A stretch of 62,975 nt of DNA, the filler included, from Octopus bimaculoides (Eukaryota): NCBI RefSeq assembly GCF_001194135.2. It is 5 parts of 4 records of this genome, joined end to end, with 100 filler letters (N's around TTAATTAATTAA, not from the genome) between each part and the next. Parts side by side here need not be neighbours in the genome. Positions count along the whole stretch, not along the records: positions 31,929 to 52,420 come from NC_068982.1; positions 52,521 to 56,774 come from NW_026392315.1; positions 56,875 to 60,687 come from NC_069006.1; 2 more parts are not named here. The stretch is one strand, 5' to 3'. Positions within the stretch are counted from its first letter, which is position 1; each line of letters begins with the position of its first letter. The translations under genes were made by a program, and so were the position numbers. A model generated the notes under the pieces. The model had not been told where the DNA came from. It made no database searches and was given only the letters and a program-made list of their open reading frames with translations. Positions 47,168 through 60,683 of the stretch are shown here, one piece after another.

Positions 47168-47533
47168 ATAGTACATTGCTAGCACAATGGCCCAGTGGTT
47201 AGGGCAGCGGACTTGCGATCATAGGAACGCGGTTTCGAATTCCAGACCGGGCGATGTGAGTGTTTATTGAGTGTAAACACCTATAGCTCTACAAGGCTTC
47301 GGTATTCTTTTTTCACAAATTTCTCTCACCCTTTCTTCCTGTTTCTGTTGTACTCGTATTTGAAAGGGCCAGCCTTCTCACACTCTCTGTCACGCTAAAT
47401 CTCCCTGAGAACTACGTTAAGGGTACGCGTGTCTGTGGAGTGCTCTGGCACTTGCACATTAATTTCACGAGCAAGCTGTTCCGATGATCGGATCAACTGG
47501 AACCCTCGTCGTCGTAACTGATGGAGTGCCACG
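47168..47533 (+). mobile_element. tRNA-derived SINE family C, full-length
   Basis: A box tggcccagtggttagg, B-box-like ggtttcgaattcc; body shared with 40761 and 51588. Confidence 0.85.
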
Positions 47534-48078
47534 ATTATGGTACAATATATCTACCATAACCATCTCCGGCAGTTCAGTAGAGGTTGTAAGTGTAGCAATG
47601 TAGACTGTAATAAGTTAACTGTATATTACTATTTTGTTTTACAGTACTGAACTGTAGTTTTCATGTTAACTATGCACAAACTGTTGCTATTTACTGTTTG
47701 GTATCTTTGTTAGAGTGAAGGCGCTTGGTCTAGTGGTCAGGTGTTGCACTTACATACAATTTCAAGATCGTTGTGTTCTGGAGCAGAATACTTCATTACA
47801 CATTGCTCTTGTCTACTAATCAGTAAATGAGGAATCCTTATACACTACGGAAACGAGGTAGCTGGGCCTATGAGTCCCAAGACTCGCTACAATAATATCC
47901 AGGGTCCGATAATGATGATAATTTTGTTACAATGTATTAGTGAGCAAAGTATTTCGCTAGTAGAAAAACTCGTTTTTCTCTGGTGCATATGTCTAACTAA
48001 TTGATGCATGGCTGACTTTGTTTCTCTTATAATTCATTCTTGATCAGTATATTTCATTTGTCCACTACTCTCTTTTAG

Positions 48079-48224
48079 CTAATGGAATCTTCCCAGACCA
48101 ACTTCAGAAAGCTAAAATTAATGTAATTCCAACAAGTAAATGTCAAGAACAAGCATCTGGCATTACTGCTAAACAGCATATCTGCGTTGGAGATAACAAA
48201 TTCAAGGGTAAAAACGTCTGTGGT
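48079..48224 (+). CDS. S1A serine protease exon (FPDQLQKAKINVI...HICVG...KNVCG)
   Basis: tctcttttag acceptor, ggt|gtaagt donor; phases 1 to 0 are consistent with neighbours. Confidence 0.9.
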
Positions 48225-48309
48225 GTAAGTAAATCTTTTTATAGTTCTAAGTAAAATAATTTCCTTTAAAGCAGTGGACATTTTTGAAATGCTTATTTTC
48301 TGATTCCAG

Positions 48310-48468
48310 GGAGATTCCGGTGGTGGTCTCATCTGCCGAAGGAAATCCGATAATGCCTACGTCGTTGCTGGTATTGCTTCCTATGTTTTTGACTGCGACA
48401 AAGGATTTGGAGTCTATGCCAATGTGGCCAATTTCCTTGACTATATCAAAGGATACATGAGCTTGTAG
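48310..48468 (+). CDS. S1A serine protease last exon (GDSGGGL...GIASY...GVYANVANFLDYIKGYMSL*; catalytic Ser)
   Basis: ttccag acceptor, GDSGG motif, TAG at 48466-48468. Confidence 0.93.
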   Translation, partial: GDSGGGLICRRKSDNAYVVAGIASYVFDCDKGFGVYANVANFLDYIKGYMSL

Positions 48469-48527
48469 ATTTTTTTGAGAATATATCGCTGATTAGATGA
48501 GTTGGTGTTGAAAACTACTGAAGACTA

Positions 48528-48533
48528 AATAAA
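48528..48533 (+). promoter_or_regulatory. Candidate polyadenylation signal of the protease gene
   Basis: AATAAA 60 nt after the stop codon. Confidence 0.45.
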
Positions 48534-49554
48534 TTATATAAAAAAAAATATCACGTTTCTTAATTCTTTTATATTTAATGCCTTATTCAGGTTTTATTTG
48601 ACTTAACAACTGCTGAGATTAGATGATGTAAATGACTGACAACAGCAGAAATGAGTGTAATGGAAGAATAAGAGGTTGGAATTGAAGAAAAAATATAAAA
48701 ATAGAATTGAGGAAGTGACAGAGGTATGCTGCAGGCACTAAGGAATGCTAGAATTGCTTGTAAAGCAGTTGAAGATACATTTTGTATAAATTCTGAGAAT
48801 ATTTCCACTGCATGTTTTTCAGTACCAATTGCCAGTTACTGTTCCTAAGAATAATAATATGGAGTGAACAGGATTGCAAATGCATGATACACATGTCACT
48901 GCGCAGGAAAATGAAATGAAAGAGACTAAGCTGTATATTATGGGGAAGCGATAAATACTCTACTTGTGTTGGAGTTATATTAGAAGAAAAATGTGCGATA
49001 TATTAATTACCAGTATCATTCTTAAATGCTTTAATTGTTCTGATGACAAAATATAGATTCTTCTCTACGTGGACAGCAATGATAAGGGAGACAATCCCTT
49101 CTAGATTAAGAAAATGAGATGGGTTTTGAAGGCGTGCAAAATATACACATTTGATGTTACTTTTACTTACACGTTATACAGATTTAAATATTTGATGTTG
49201 GTAACCATCCTTCTTTACCTTGATAAATAATCCTGTTTTCATTTCTACAAAGAACTTCATTGTAGACAATACTAGAGTCACTCAGCATACAATAGGTACG
49301 CGGCTCACATCCAGTCAGAAGGTCTCTTGTTCTTTTACAAGCGAACGAGCAAGACTATATTTGCTCGCTTGATCTCATTTAAATATCAATTAAATATCCC
49401 TGAAGTCACATATTTAGAACAATACATTGAACAGTCTCGTTGCTGATATATATCCGATGTGATGGTTATGGTTAGAAATCCTTTCGTCATAGATCCACAG
49501 ACACGGGATCAACATGGAGGTAAATAAAAGCAACCACAACAGTAATAATTTTTC

Positions 49555-49760
49555 TACCATAGGGACAAGGCCTGGAATAGTGGGGAGGGGGATAGTCGAT
49601 TATATCGACCCTCAGCACTTGACTGGTACCTAATTTATCGACCAAAAGGAATGAAAGGTAAAGTCGACCTCAGCGGAATTTGAACTCAGAACGTAGCGGC
49701 AGAAGAAATACCAATGAGTATTTCGCCCGGCGTGCTAACGATTCTGCCAGCTCGCCATCT
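49555..49760 (-). mobile_element. SINE family A
   Basis: Reverse complement of the family A consensus. Confidence 0.8.
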
Positions 49761-50053
49761 TAACCACAACAGTAATGATATTGTTATCAGATATTTGACA
49801 CAACGGTAGCAGTACTTAACTGATGGTTATATTAGCGAATAAAAGTGAAAAAAAAAAAGGAGCAGGAGTGGATGTGTGGTAAGTAGCTTGCTTACCAACC
49901 ACATGTTTCCGAGTTCAGTCCCATAGCGTGGCATCTTGGGCACGTGTCTTCTACTATAGCCTCGGGCCGACCAAAGCCTTGTGAGTGGATTTGGTAAACG
50001 GAAACTGAAAGAAGCCCGTTGTATATATGTATATATATATGTGNNNNNNNNNN

Positions 50054-50445
50054 CAGGAGTGGATGTGTGGTAAGTAGCTTGCTTACCAACCACATGTTTC
50101 CGAGTTCAGTCCCATAGCGTGGCATCTTGGGCACGTGTCTTCTACTATAGCCTCGGGCCGACCAAAGCCTTGTGAGTGGATTTGGTAAACGGAAACTGAA
50201 AGAAGCCCGTTGTATATATGTATATATATATGTGTGTTTGTGTGTCTGTGTTTGTCAACCTAGCATTGCTTGACAACCGATGCTGGTGTGTTTATGTCCC
50301 CGTCACTTAGCGGTTCGCCAAAATAGACCGATAGAATAAGTACTAGGCTTACAAAGAATGAGTCCCGGGGTCGATATGCTCGACTAAAGGCGGTGCTCCA
50401 GCATGGCCGCAGTCAAAGGACTGAAACAAGTAAAAGAGAGTAAAT
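50054..50445 (+). mobile_element. SINE family B, full-length (CORE-like), with internal TA/TG tract
   Basis: ggagtggatgtgtggtaagtagcttgc (A box), ccgagttcagtccc (B box), ttgggcacgtgtcttc core-like segment, and tail gaaacaagtaaaagag. Confidence 0.85.
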
Positions 50446-50653
50446 AAACAACAGCCTTGATATCTGAAAAAAAAATGATATATTGCGTGGACGATGACTG
50501 AGTTTGATTGTTGAGATGTAATAACGAACTTTACAATTTAGAATCTAGTTGGGAAAAGTTAGAAAAATCTCCTGGAAGTTGTTGCTTGAGAATGTGGTAT
50601 CAAAGAAGTATAAAGGCTATTGGGAAGGCCATTTTAATATCTTAAGGTTGAAG

Positions 50654-50830
50654 GCTGCAAACTGGCAGAATCGCTAACACGTCGGGAAAAATGCCTGGCA
50701 GCATTTCATCCATCTTTATGTTCTGAGTTCAAATTCCGCCGGGGTCGACTCCGCCTTTCATAATTTCAGGGTCGATAAAACAGGTATCAGTTGATCAATG
50801 GGGTCGATGTAATCGACTTACCCCCTCCTC
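50654..50830 (+). mobile_element. SINE family A
   Basis: aactggcagaatcgct...gagttcaaattccgccggggtcgac. Confidence 0.75.
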
Positions 50831-51587
50831 CGAACATGTTTCGTGTATTTTATTCATATTTGTTCTTGTGGATATCTAACAGAGATCATGCACAGAAAAC
50901 ACACGAACAAATAAGTAGATACGTGCCATATGATGTGTGCGCATGTGCGTGCTTGTATGCTTTCCTGGTTTACAGACTCAGCACATGTGGACCTAACCTC
51001 TCAAATGACACATTCCGTATCAGGGCAAGCCAGGAGTGTTTCTATGTTACTTAGATCCACAAGCCTATGAAACAAGCTTACACCACCCTCTAACGTTATC
51101 AGCAAAATGCAAGTTAAGAAGCATAGAGAGCAATCAAAGTATATAATGTCTGGCGAATTCAATTTAACCTATTCAGAAATTGGATATCAAGCTGTGAGAT
51201 TAATTAACATTTATAGAAATCTTTTGATTTTACGTATATTTCGGCAATAAAGCACTCTTCATGTTGATTTGTAATAAAATGCCTCTGAGTAGCAATTATG
51301 TTATTGATCAAAACATTTCCCTCTAGATGAAATCCATGGAACATGAAATGATAGAAAGTTACTTCGTTTTGAGTCCGTTCTCTTATGAGCCAAGTAAATT
51401 TTTGTTTTAATCGATTTTTACAGTTCAAATTAGAATCCGTAAATGGTAAAAACTGTTATATTGTAGTACAAAAGTCGTTAGAAAAGTTGTTCATATAGAT
51501 ATTTGCAAACAAATTGGAGAGGGAGGAGAAAAGATTTATTGCAAAATAAAATCAAAGTTCACGGATTAATATTCCTTTAGGGTGGTG

Positions 51588-51898
51588 GTGCAATGGTCCA
51601 GTGGTTAGGGCAGCGGACACGCGGTCATAGGATCGCGGTTTCGATTCCTAGACCGGGCGTTATGAGTGTTTATTGAGCGAAAACACCTAAAGCACCACGA
51701 GGCTCCGGCAGGTCGGCCTTGTCACACTGTGTCATGCTGAATATCCCCGAGAACTACGTTAAGGGTACACGTGTCTGTGGAGTGCTCAGCCACTTGCACG
51801 TTAATTTCAAGATTAGGCTGTTCCGTTGATCGGATCAACTGGAACCCTCAACGTCGTAAGCGACGGAGCGCCAACAACAACAACAACAACAACAACAA
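51588..51898 (+). mobile_element. SINE family C with internal deletion and (CAA)n tail
   Basis: tggtccagtggttagggcagcggacacgcggtcataggatcgcggtttcgattcc...gcgccaacaacaacaac. Confidence 0.85.
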
Positions 51899-52520
51899 TG
51901 TTTCTTTAGAAGTAGGCTGACTTGACTGAGATACGAATAAAACAAATTGAACGATTCTAAGGCAATTTCGAAATAATACAAGGAAGACTATTCAATTTTA
52001 TAATACACTTCACCACGTATCGCTTAGTTTTTGTAGTTATAACTATTATCAACAAAATACATATAAGGTATCCATCTAAAATCTGTGAATTAGAAGGTGC
52101 ACTGACATCACTTTCCATAACACAATCACGTGTACACCGAAAGTGTTACAAGAAAATGACATTATTGATTAAGAAATTGACAATGCAATTTTCTTTTTAT
52201 TTTTGGTAAATGAACCAAGATGTAAAACGAAAATAAGGATATTGGTATAATTAAATTCTATACAAGAAAACTGCAACGAAAATGAAATCAATTTCTAAAA
52301 TCAATAATTAAGCAATTTAAAAATTTTGATTGGTTATTTTAATTTATTTTAATTCAATGATACTAAACTAAACAGTGAGATTACTTAAATTTCTCATATA
52401 TATATATATATATATATATANNNNNNNNNNNNNNNNNNNNNNNNNNNNNNNNNNNNNNNNNNNNTTAATTAATTAANNNNNNNNNNNNNNNNNNNNNNNN
52501 NNNNNNNNNNNNNNNNNNNN

Positions 52521-52557
<37 letters not shown>

Positions 52558-52558
<1 letters not shown>

Positions 52559-52948
52559 AAGTGGTGAGCTGGCAGAATTGTTAGTATGCTGGGCGAAATG
52601 CTTCATCTTTACATTCTGAGTTCAGTTCTGCCATGGTCGACTTTACCATTCATCCTTTTCAGGTTGATAAAATAAGTACCAGTTGAATACTGATGTCAAT
52701 GTAATCAACTTACCTCCTACCCCAAACTTGCTGGCTTTGTCCAGAAATTTATTTGAAACCATTATTACTAAGGTGGCAAGCAGGCAGAATCATTCGTACA
52801 TGGGGCAAAGTGGTTAGCTGCATTTTGCCTGTCTTTACGTTCTGAGTTCAAATACTGCTGAGGTCAACTTTACCTTTCATCCTTTTGGTGTTGATAAAAT
52901 AAGTATCAGTTGAGCACTGGAGACTTACCCCTCTCCAAAATTTGAAAC

Positions 52949-52983
<35 letters not shown>

Positions 52984-53105
52984 NNNNNNNNNNNNNNNNN
53001 NNNNNNNNNNNNNNNNNNNNNNNNNNNNNNNNNNNNNNNNNNNNNNNNNNNNNNNNNNNNNNNNNNNNNNNNNNNNNNNNNNNNNNNNNNNNNNNNNNNN
53101 NNNNN

Positions 53106-53138
<33 letters not shown>

Positions 53139-53355
53139 TATCATCATTATTATTAAGGTAGCAAGCTGACAGAATCGTTAACATGCCTAGCAATATTTCA
53201 TTTGTCTTCATGTTCTGAGTTCAAATTCCACCGGCTGGTACTTATTTTATCAGAATCAATAAAATAAGTTCCAGTTGAGGACTGGGATTGATGTAATTAA
53301 TTTACCCCCTGCCCCCCTGTAAAATTTCAAGCCATGTGCCTATAGTAGAAAGGAT
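52558..53355 (+). mobile_element. Cluster of three diverged SINE family A copies among (TAG)n/(TTA)n tracts
   Basis: Repeated gagctggcagaa...ctgagttca...ttcatccttt...aataagtaccagtt motifs. Confidence 0.7.
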
Positions 53356-56313
53356 TACTACTACTACTACTAGAAAAAAAACTGAAATGATGTCAGCTTG
53401 AACACAGGTCTTCATGTTCACAGATGGATCATAAAGCCATCTTGTTCACAGCTCTCCTGGGACTAAAGAAGCAACAAATATTGCATATATACAAGCTATA
53501 CATTGTGAACTAACAAGGATGTATCTGTGTAGTTGTCCAATCTGCTAGAAATAGCATTAAAATTACACCCTATCATCATGAAAATAGTAAGAACACATTG
53601 GATAATGTAGTCCTAGATGTGTTTACTTTTGAGAGTAAAGACAGAATAATAATCACATAAGTCTACTCAATCAGGTATGTTTGGAGTTAAACAGTAACAA
53701 CAACCCATTAAAAATAAAAACTAAAGAAAAAAGATTCTCTTTCTTTCATTGTCCCATGGATCTTTTCTCTAGAAATGTCTTATTAATCACAGTTCCCCAC
53801 CATCTCTGTTCAATTATTTTTCAATGACAACACTGTACTGTTGCATAATATTCATTTATAACACTCTTAATTTTCTTTTCAGAAACTACTGAGGGGACAT
53901 TTCAAGTCACTTGAAATGTCTTGTTATTTTTAATTTTTCTCTTTTTATATATATATTTTATTTATTTATTTAATTTTTATTNNNNNNNNNNTATATATAT
54001 TTTATTTATTTATTTAATTTTTATTTTATTATTTTTACATACCATTCACAATGAAATGTCCTCTGTACTTGAAGAACAGTTAGTATTGTTCAGATCTGTT
54101 TCACATATAAATCAACCAACTTCTTCCAATTCTCCAAGTAGGATGCAACTTAAGCAATAACCAAACAATAAATTTAGGCATCTCAAATCACCTAGCTGTA
54201 GTCCAGTACTGGGCTATGGATCCTTTGGTACCAGGCTACACAGAAAGAATAGGTTTTTAAATCTTATCTCTATGCAGGATATTTTTGCATTATATATGTA
54301 TTATATATGTAATATATATGCATTGTATATGTAATTATTAAATCATATATTATGCACTTAATTATATGCATGATACCCTGGTTTGTGAAAAAAATTTTCT
54401 TGCATGAAACTGGACCATGGCAAAAAAATGTTGGGGTCCACTACAATAAATAACCTTGTGGCCTGTGTTAAAAGCACAATATATATCAGAAGCAGACAAA
54501 ATCTTTCTTGCAGCTGTTGGTGAGAATGGAAGATGCATTTCTGCCCCATTGGGCTTTGCCAGTAGCATGTATTTAGTGCCAACCATGTACCAAGACAAAA
54601 TTCTATCATCAGTGATATAGGAAAACAGTAAATAAACAGTCACAAATGTTGCAAATAGCTGTTCAGCTAAATAAAAATCTGTTAATATGTAACAGAAGCA
54701 GTATTAGATTAAATCAGCTATTTGTGTATGATACTTAATACATCATGAGAGGCAAATTAACTGTGGTATTCAACCTGAAATAATATCTCATATGTATGCA
54801 ATGTATTTATCAAAATTTGGGAATAGTTCTAGTTGATAAATATATTTGCAATAATGAATGTAAATGACGTTTTTAGAGGGCCTACAAGACAAGTAGAGGT
54901 GAGAGAAGCCAGAGACCATGTACAAAAGCTTGTAATAGAGTGAAGTCCTTTAAAGATACCCAAGGACTAGGTAGCAATTGTTAAACTGGAGAAAAGCTTA
55001 GGTATAGGCACAGACATGGCTGTGTGGTTAAGAAGCTCGCTTACCAACCATGTGGCATTGTGTCCTGTTCCCCTGCATGGCACATTGGGCAAGTGTCTTC
55101 TACTCTAGCCCTGGGCTGACTAATGCCTTGTGAGTGAATTTGGGAAATGAAAACTGTGAAAAAAAGATACCACTAAAGAACAAATTCAGTCCATGTAACA
55201 GCGTTCTACTTGGTTTCCACTGACCTGGTTTTACTCAAAGTATACTTGAGACATTCATTGCTTCCCTTATCTACATGTACTTTTCTCATATATATATATA
55301 TATATATATATANNNNNNNNNNTATATATATATATATATATATTCCTTGCTTAATTGAGCATGAGGGATTTACTTGTTGCAACTATAGTTTTTGTTGTGA
55401 AATACACTTCCCACTGTTAAAGGATTCAACTATGAAGGACAGTGAGAATATGCTTTTCATGTTTTGTTAAATTATAACCTACAGATTTAGGTGCCTTACT
55501 CAGGTGCTCATTACACTCTGACAGTAGTGTGATATGAACTTATTATATAGTCAATGATTCAATGACTTCACCTTGCAAATCTTGGATTAACAACTAGGCT
55601 CTATTTGAAGCAATTGATTACCAAACACTATTATATTTGATGGCTTCAACTTCATACATTACTTCTGGTAGTACAAGCCAACAATGTAGTTACTTAACTG
55701 GCTAGAAATAACAGTTACATTTAACTACAGTCACAGGCAACCTTTTTCCAGAAGTGGACTGCATTAGACATGACTCATCATCAGGCAAACTGCACTACTC
55801 AAAAAATTCAAGGTAATTTTTTGATAGGCATGCCATTCAGAGAATCCTAACACCACGGGCTNNNNNNNNNNGTAATTTTTTGATAGGCATGCCATTCAGA
55901 GAATCCTAACACCACGGGCTGCCTGTGGGCCATAATTTGCTCATGACTATCCTATCACATTATACTTTCTTAAAGAAGGAAAAACATGTTGGATAACAGA
56001 GAATATCCATGGCTGGAATAACTTTCAATTATAAATCAGTTTGATCAAGACTAATCTTTGGTTAAGCTGCAGTAACAACTGCTGACATTATATTATTAAA
56101 AACAGGAGGATTCCAGATTAAACAAATTTTTGATCAAAATTCTGCTCAATAAATCAGTTGGCTTGGGGCTAAACAATGACAGCAGTTAGTGGTTATTTTA
56201 TTATTAAAAATGAGCAATAAATGCATGATTACCATCTACCTACAATGAACCATGGGAGTNNNNNNNNNNNNNNNNNNNNNNNNNNNNNNNNNNNNNNNNN
56301 NNNNNNNNNNNNA

Positions 56314-56660
56314 TTACATGGTTCCAGGTTCAGTCCCATTGCATGGCACCTAGGACAAATGTCATCTCCTATAGCAGTGGGCCGACCGAAGCCTTGTGAA
56401 TTTATTTGGTAGGCAGAAACTGAAAGAAACCTGTTGTATGTGTGCACACATATTTGTGTTTGTGTTTGTCCTCCATCATTATTTGATAATTGGTGTTGGT
56501 TTCTTTACATCTCCACAACTTAGAGGTTTAGCAAAAAGAGTCCGATAGAATAAGTAGCAGGCTTAGAGAGAAATAAGTACTGGGTTCAGTTTGTTTGACT
56601 AACTCTTGAAGGTGGTGTCCCAGCATAGCTGCTGTCTAATGACTAAAATAGGTAAAAGAA
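56314..56660 (+). mobile_element. SINE family B, diverged
   Basis: Matches the family B consensus; its 5' end lies in a gap. Confidence 0.7.
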
Positions 56661-57250
56661 AAATGTGTCTAATGATTATTTATCCATTGAGTGTGTCTAC
56701 TTTCTTGCAGGTCATCATATTTTAAATATGTAGCAACTGAAAATCTAAACTAGAAATAAAAGTAAGTGGATTAGNNNNNNNNNNNNNNNNNNNNNNNNNN
56801 NNNNNNNNNNNNNNNNNNTTAATTAATTAANNNNNNNNNNNNNNNNNNNNNNNNNNNNNNNNNNNNNNNNNNNNTATATATATATATTCGTGTGTGTAGG
56901 TATGTATATATATGTATATGTATGTGTATAGAAAGATATATATACATATATGTACACATACATGTATAAATACATACACGCTCGTACAGGTAACCTATAA
57001 GAGAGTTCAGGAAAGAGAAAGATTGACAGTTAAATAGCTGTAGATATGACGAGGTTCACGTTCAGTAGCCATTACCATTAAACGGTAGGTGTACTTCGGA
57101 ACCTCCACAACGATGCATTCATCATTGTTCACGTTTGTTGATGGTTCGAGAAAGGTTCATGTCTCTTCGGTGGCCACTAAATTATACACTTGTCAAACAA
57201 TGTTGCTGGTTCTCTTTCACTATGTGCGTGATGTTAGGGCTGAGTGCCTG

Positions 57251-57298
<48 letters not shown>

Positions 57299-57659
57299 NN
57301 NNNNNNNNNNNNNNNNNNNNNNNNNNNNNNNNNNNNNNNNNNNNNNNNNNNNNNNNNNNNNNNNNNNNNNNNNNNNNNNNNNNNNNNNNNNNNNNNNNNN
57401 NNNNNNNNNNNNNNNNNNNNNNNNNNNNNNNNNNNNNNNNNNNNNNNNNNNNNNNNNNNNNNNNNNNNNNNNNNNNNNNNNNNNNNNNNNNNNNNNNNNN
57501 NNNNNNNNNNNNNNNNNNNNNNNNNNNNNNNNNNNNNNNNNNNNNNNNNNNNNNNNNNNNNNNNNNNNNNNNNNNNNNNNNNNNNNNNNNNNNNNNNNNN
57601 NNNNNNNNNNNNNNNNNNNNNNNNNNNNNNNNNNNNNNNNNNNNNNNNNNNNNNNNNNN

Positions 57660-57697
<38 letters not shown>

Positions 57698-57954
57698 GTG
57701 TGTGTGTGTGTCTGTGTGTACTGTTCCATGATGGTAAGATCAATAAAAAGGCACTCCATCTTGTGAGAAGTAGATATTATTTAATAAATATAATATGCTT
57801 TTTTTTTCCTTCTTGTAGTTTCATGTTTTGAGAACATGCCAAACATTGTTTTAAAACACGTCTGTTTTAAAACAGTACAATCATCAGACACTGCCCACGT
57901 GAAACTAGGAGTAGCACATAAAAACATATATTGTGTTTGTTAAATTATATATAT

Positions 57955-58345
57955 TGCAAGTTCATTTCTGCTGATCGGATCAACGGGAACCCTTAGCGTT
58001 GTAACCGACGCAGTACCAGTTTAGCGGCTTGCGAAGCTATTAGCAAAATCGTTGCAGATACTCTTAGGAAGATACCTTGCTTATGGCAAACGTTAAAAGA
58101 ATACTAAAAGAGGACATACCGTCCCATCCATAGAGGAGGAAGCAGAGAAGTTGCTAGAAATGAGTAGTACCTGTATTTTAAAGGGCCAGACTTGTCACAC
58201 TCCATTTCACGCTGAATCTCCCGGAGAAATTCCTTTGAGCGTACAGGTGTCTGTGGAGTGTTCAGCCACTTGTTAGTTTTACGAGCGGTCTATTCCGTTG
58301 ATCGTATCATCTGGGTCACTCGTCTTCGCAACCGACGGAGTGCAA
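57955..58345 (+). mobile_element. SINE family C fragments
   Basis: gatcggatcaacgggaacc...gtaaccgacg and aagggccagacttgtcacac...gtgtctgtggagtgttcagccac. Confidence 0.6.
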
Positions 58346-58559
58346 TTACGTATGCGTGTGAGTGAGTACCTTTATACGTGAAGATGAAGGTCTGGAGGAG
58401 AATGGTCTATGATGTATGTTTAATGGCGGTTCATCCATTCCATTTAACCAATCAGCTGCTCTCTTTCGCATGTCAGCCATCTCCAGTCAGTCAATCATTG
58501 GACAAAGATATTAACATGGCTGCCATTAATGGCCACTAATACAACACATCTTCTGTCTG

Positions 58560-58727
58560 TTGATATCACCATCACCATCACCATCACCACCACAATAGCG
58601 TTCACCAATGCCATCGCCGCCATTACGAACAACTACCACATCATCATCTTCGTTATTCTCATCGACATCATCACTACCACCATCATCATCATCATCTTCA
58701 TCATCATCCTCATCGACATCATCGATG

Positions 58728-58771
<44 letters not shown>

Positions 58772-59055
58772 TTTATTCCCATCTATATCGTCACCACCAC
58801 CACCACCACCACCGCCATCATCATCATCATCACCATCATCATCATTATCATCACCACCATTATCATCATCCTCATCGTCGGCGTCCTTATCACTGACACC
58901 AACGCTATATTCTTCACTATCATCAGCATCATTGTCATCGTCTACGTCACAGACATCATTAACAGTAGTCACAACAACAACAACAACTGCAACAACAACA
59001 ACAACAACAGCTGCAACAACAACGACACCGACAACAGCGTCAAGAACAACAACAA
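58560..59055. repeat. Compound trinucleotide repeat (CAC/CAT/CAA)n
   Basis: Direct reading; yields the Asp/Gly-, Ile/Thr- and Ser-rich ORFs. Confidence 0.85.
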
Positions 59056-59233
59056 AGATCACCCCATCGAGTTTTACTATCAACGTTTGTCATCTCTCTA
59101 GTTTAGTGCTCGTTTAGACAACTACACTGCCTGTCTGTCTGTCTGTCTGTCTGTTGGCTGTCTGACTATTTGCACAATGGATTGAATTATATATTTATTT
59201 ATTTATCTATATGTTCGTTTGTCCAACTTCCTG

Positions 59234-59308
<75 letters not shown>

Positions 59309-60319
59309 GTGTATGTGCGTGTATATATATATATATATATATNNNNNNNNNNNNNNNNNNNNNNNNNNNNNNNNNNNNNNNNNNNNNNNNNNNNNNNNNN
59401 NNNNNNNNNNNNNNNNNNNNNNNNNNNNNNNNNNNNNNNNNNNNNNNNNNNNNNNNNNNNNNNNNNNNNNNNNNNNNNNNNNNNNNNNNNNNNNNNNNNN
59501 NNNNNNNNNNNNNNNNNNNNNNNNNNNNNNNNNNNNNNNNNNNNNNNNNNNNNNNNNNNNNNNNNNNNNNNNNNNNNNNNNNNNNNNNNNNNNNNNNNNN
59601 NNNNNNNNNNNNNNNNNNNNNNNNNNNNNNNNNNNNNNNNNNNNNNNNNNNNNNNNNNNNNNNNNNNNNNNNNNNNNNNNNNNNNNNNNNNNNNNNNNNN
59701 NNNNNNNNNNNNNNNNNNNNNNNNNNNNNNNNNNNNNNNNNNNNNNNNNNNNNNNNNNNNNNNNNNNNNNNNNNNNNNNNNNNNNNNNNNNNNNNNNNNN
59801 NNNNNNNNNNNNNNNNNNNNNNNNNNNNNNNNNNNNNNNNNNNNNNNNNNNNNNNNNNNNNNNNNNNNNNNNNNNNNNNNNNNNNNNNNNNNNNNNNNNN
59901 NNNNNNNNNNNNNNNNNNNNNNNNNNNNNNNNNNNNNNNNNNNNNNNNNNNNNNNNNNNNNNNNNNNNNNNNNNNNNNNNNNNNNNNNNNNNNNNNNNNN
60001 NNNNNNNNNNNNNNNNNNNNNNNNNNNNNNNNNNNNNNNNNNNNNNNNNNNNNNNNNNNNNNNNNNNNNNNNNNNNNNNNNNNNNNNNNNNNNNNNNNNN
60101 NNNNNNNNNNNNNNNNNNNNNNNNNNNNNNNNNNNNNNNNNNNNNNNNNNNNNNNNNNNNNNNNNNNNNNNNNNNNNNNNNNNNNNNNNNNNNNNNNNNN
60201 NNNNNNNNNNNNNNNNNNNNNNNNNNNNNNNNNNNNNNNNNNNNNNNNNNNNNNNNNNNNNNNNNNNNNNNNNNNNNNNNNNNNNNNNNNNNNNNNNNNN
60301 NNNNNNNNNNNNNNNNNNN

Positions 60320-60361
<42 letters not shown>

Positions 60362-60645
60362 CCCTACCTGCTCTTATGTGTGTCGGTCAAGCGCTATTTA
60401 AGTATGTGCTGCTCTTTGTGTCTCGTAGTAACTATGTGGTCAAACTTACTGTCATTCCCTCTTGGAAACTTTTGTATGTATATATGATACATACATGTGT
60501 ATGTGTATGTATATATGTATATATATATGTGTGTGTGTGTTTGTATGTAACTATTTCTCTGTTCCTCTGTTTGTAAGCCTATCTATTCATTAATTTAATT
60601 AACTAACAACCTATGTAAATGTTTCTCTTTTACTCTATCCCTATT

Positions 60646-60683
<38 letters not shown>

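Noticed and set aside
47168-47245. tRNA genes at SINE heads (also 51588, 6218, 50054)
   Set aside because: A/B boxes are present but no proper cloverleaf acceptor stem; they continue into SINE bodies.
49035-49045. Isolated CUGAUGA (also 55774-55780 and 57881-57887 on the minus strand)
   Set aside because: No compatible GAAA or helix partners.
49862-50235. Duplicated SINE 5' half across a 10-N gap (similar cases at 53940-54020 and 55815-55918)
   Set aside because: Same overlap artefact.
58526-59117. Asp/Gly-rich, Ile/Thr-rich and Ser-rich ORFs resembling acidic biomineral or mucin proteins
   Set aside because: Trinucleotide repeats are open in several frames at once; no signal peptide or splice support.
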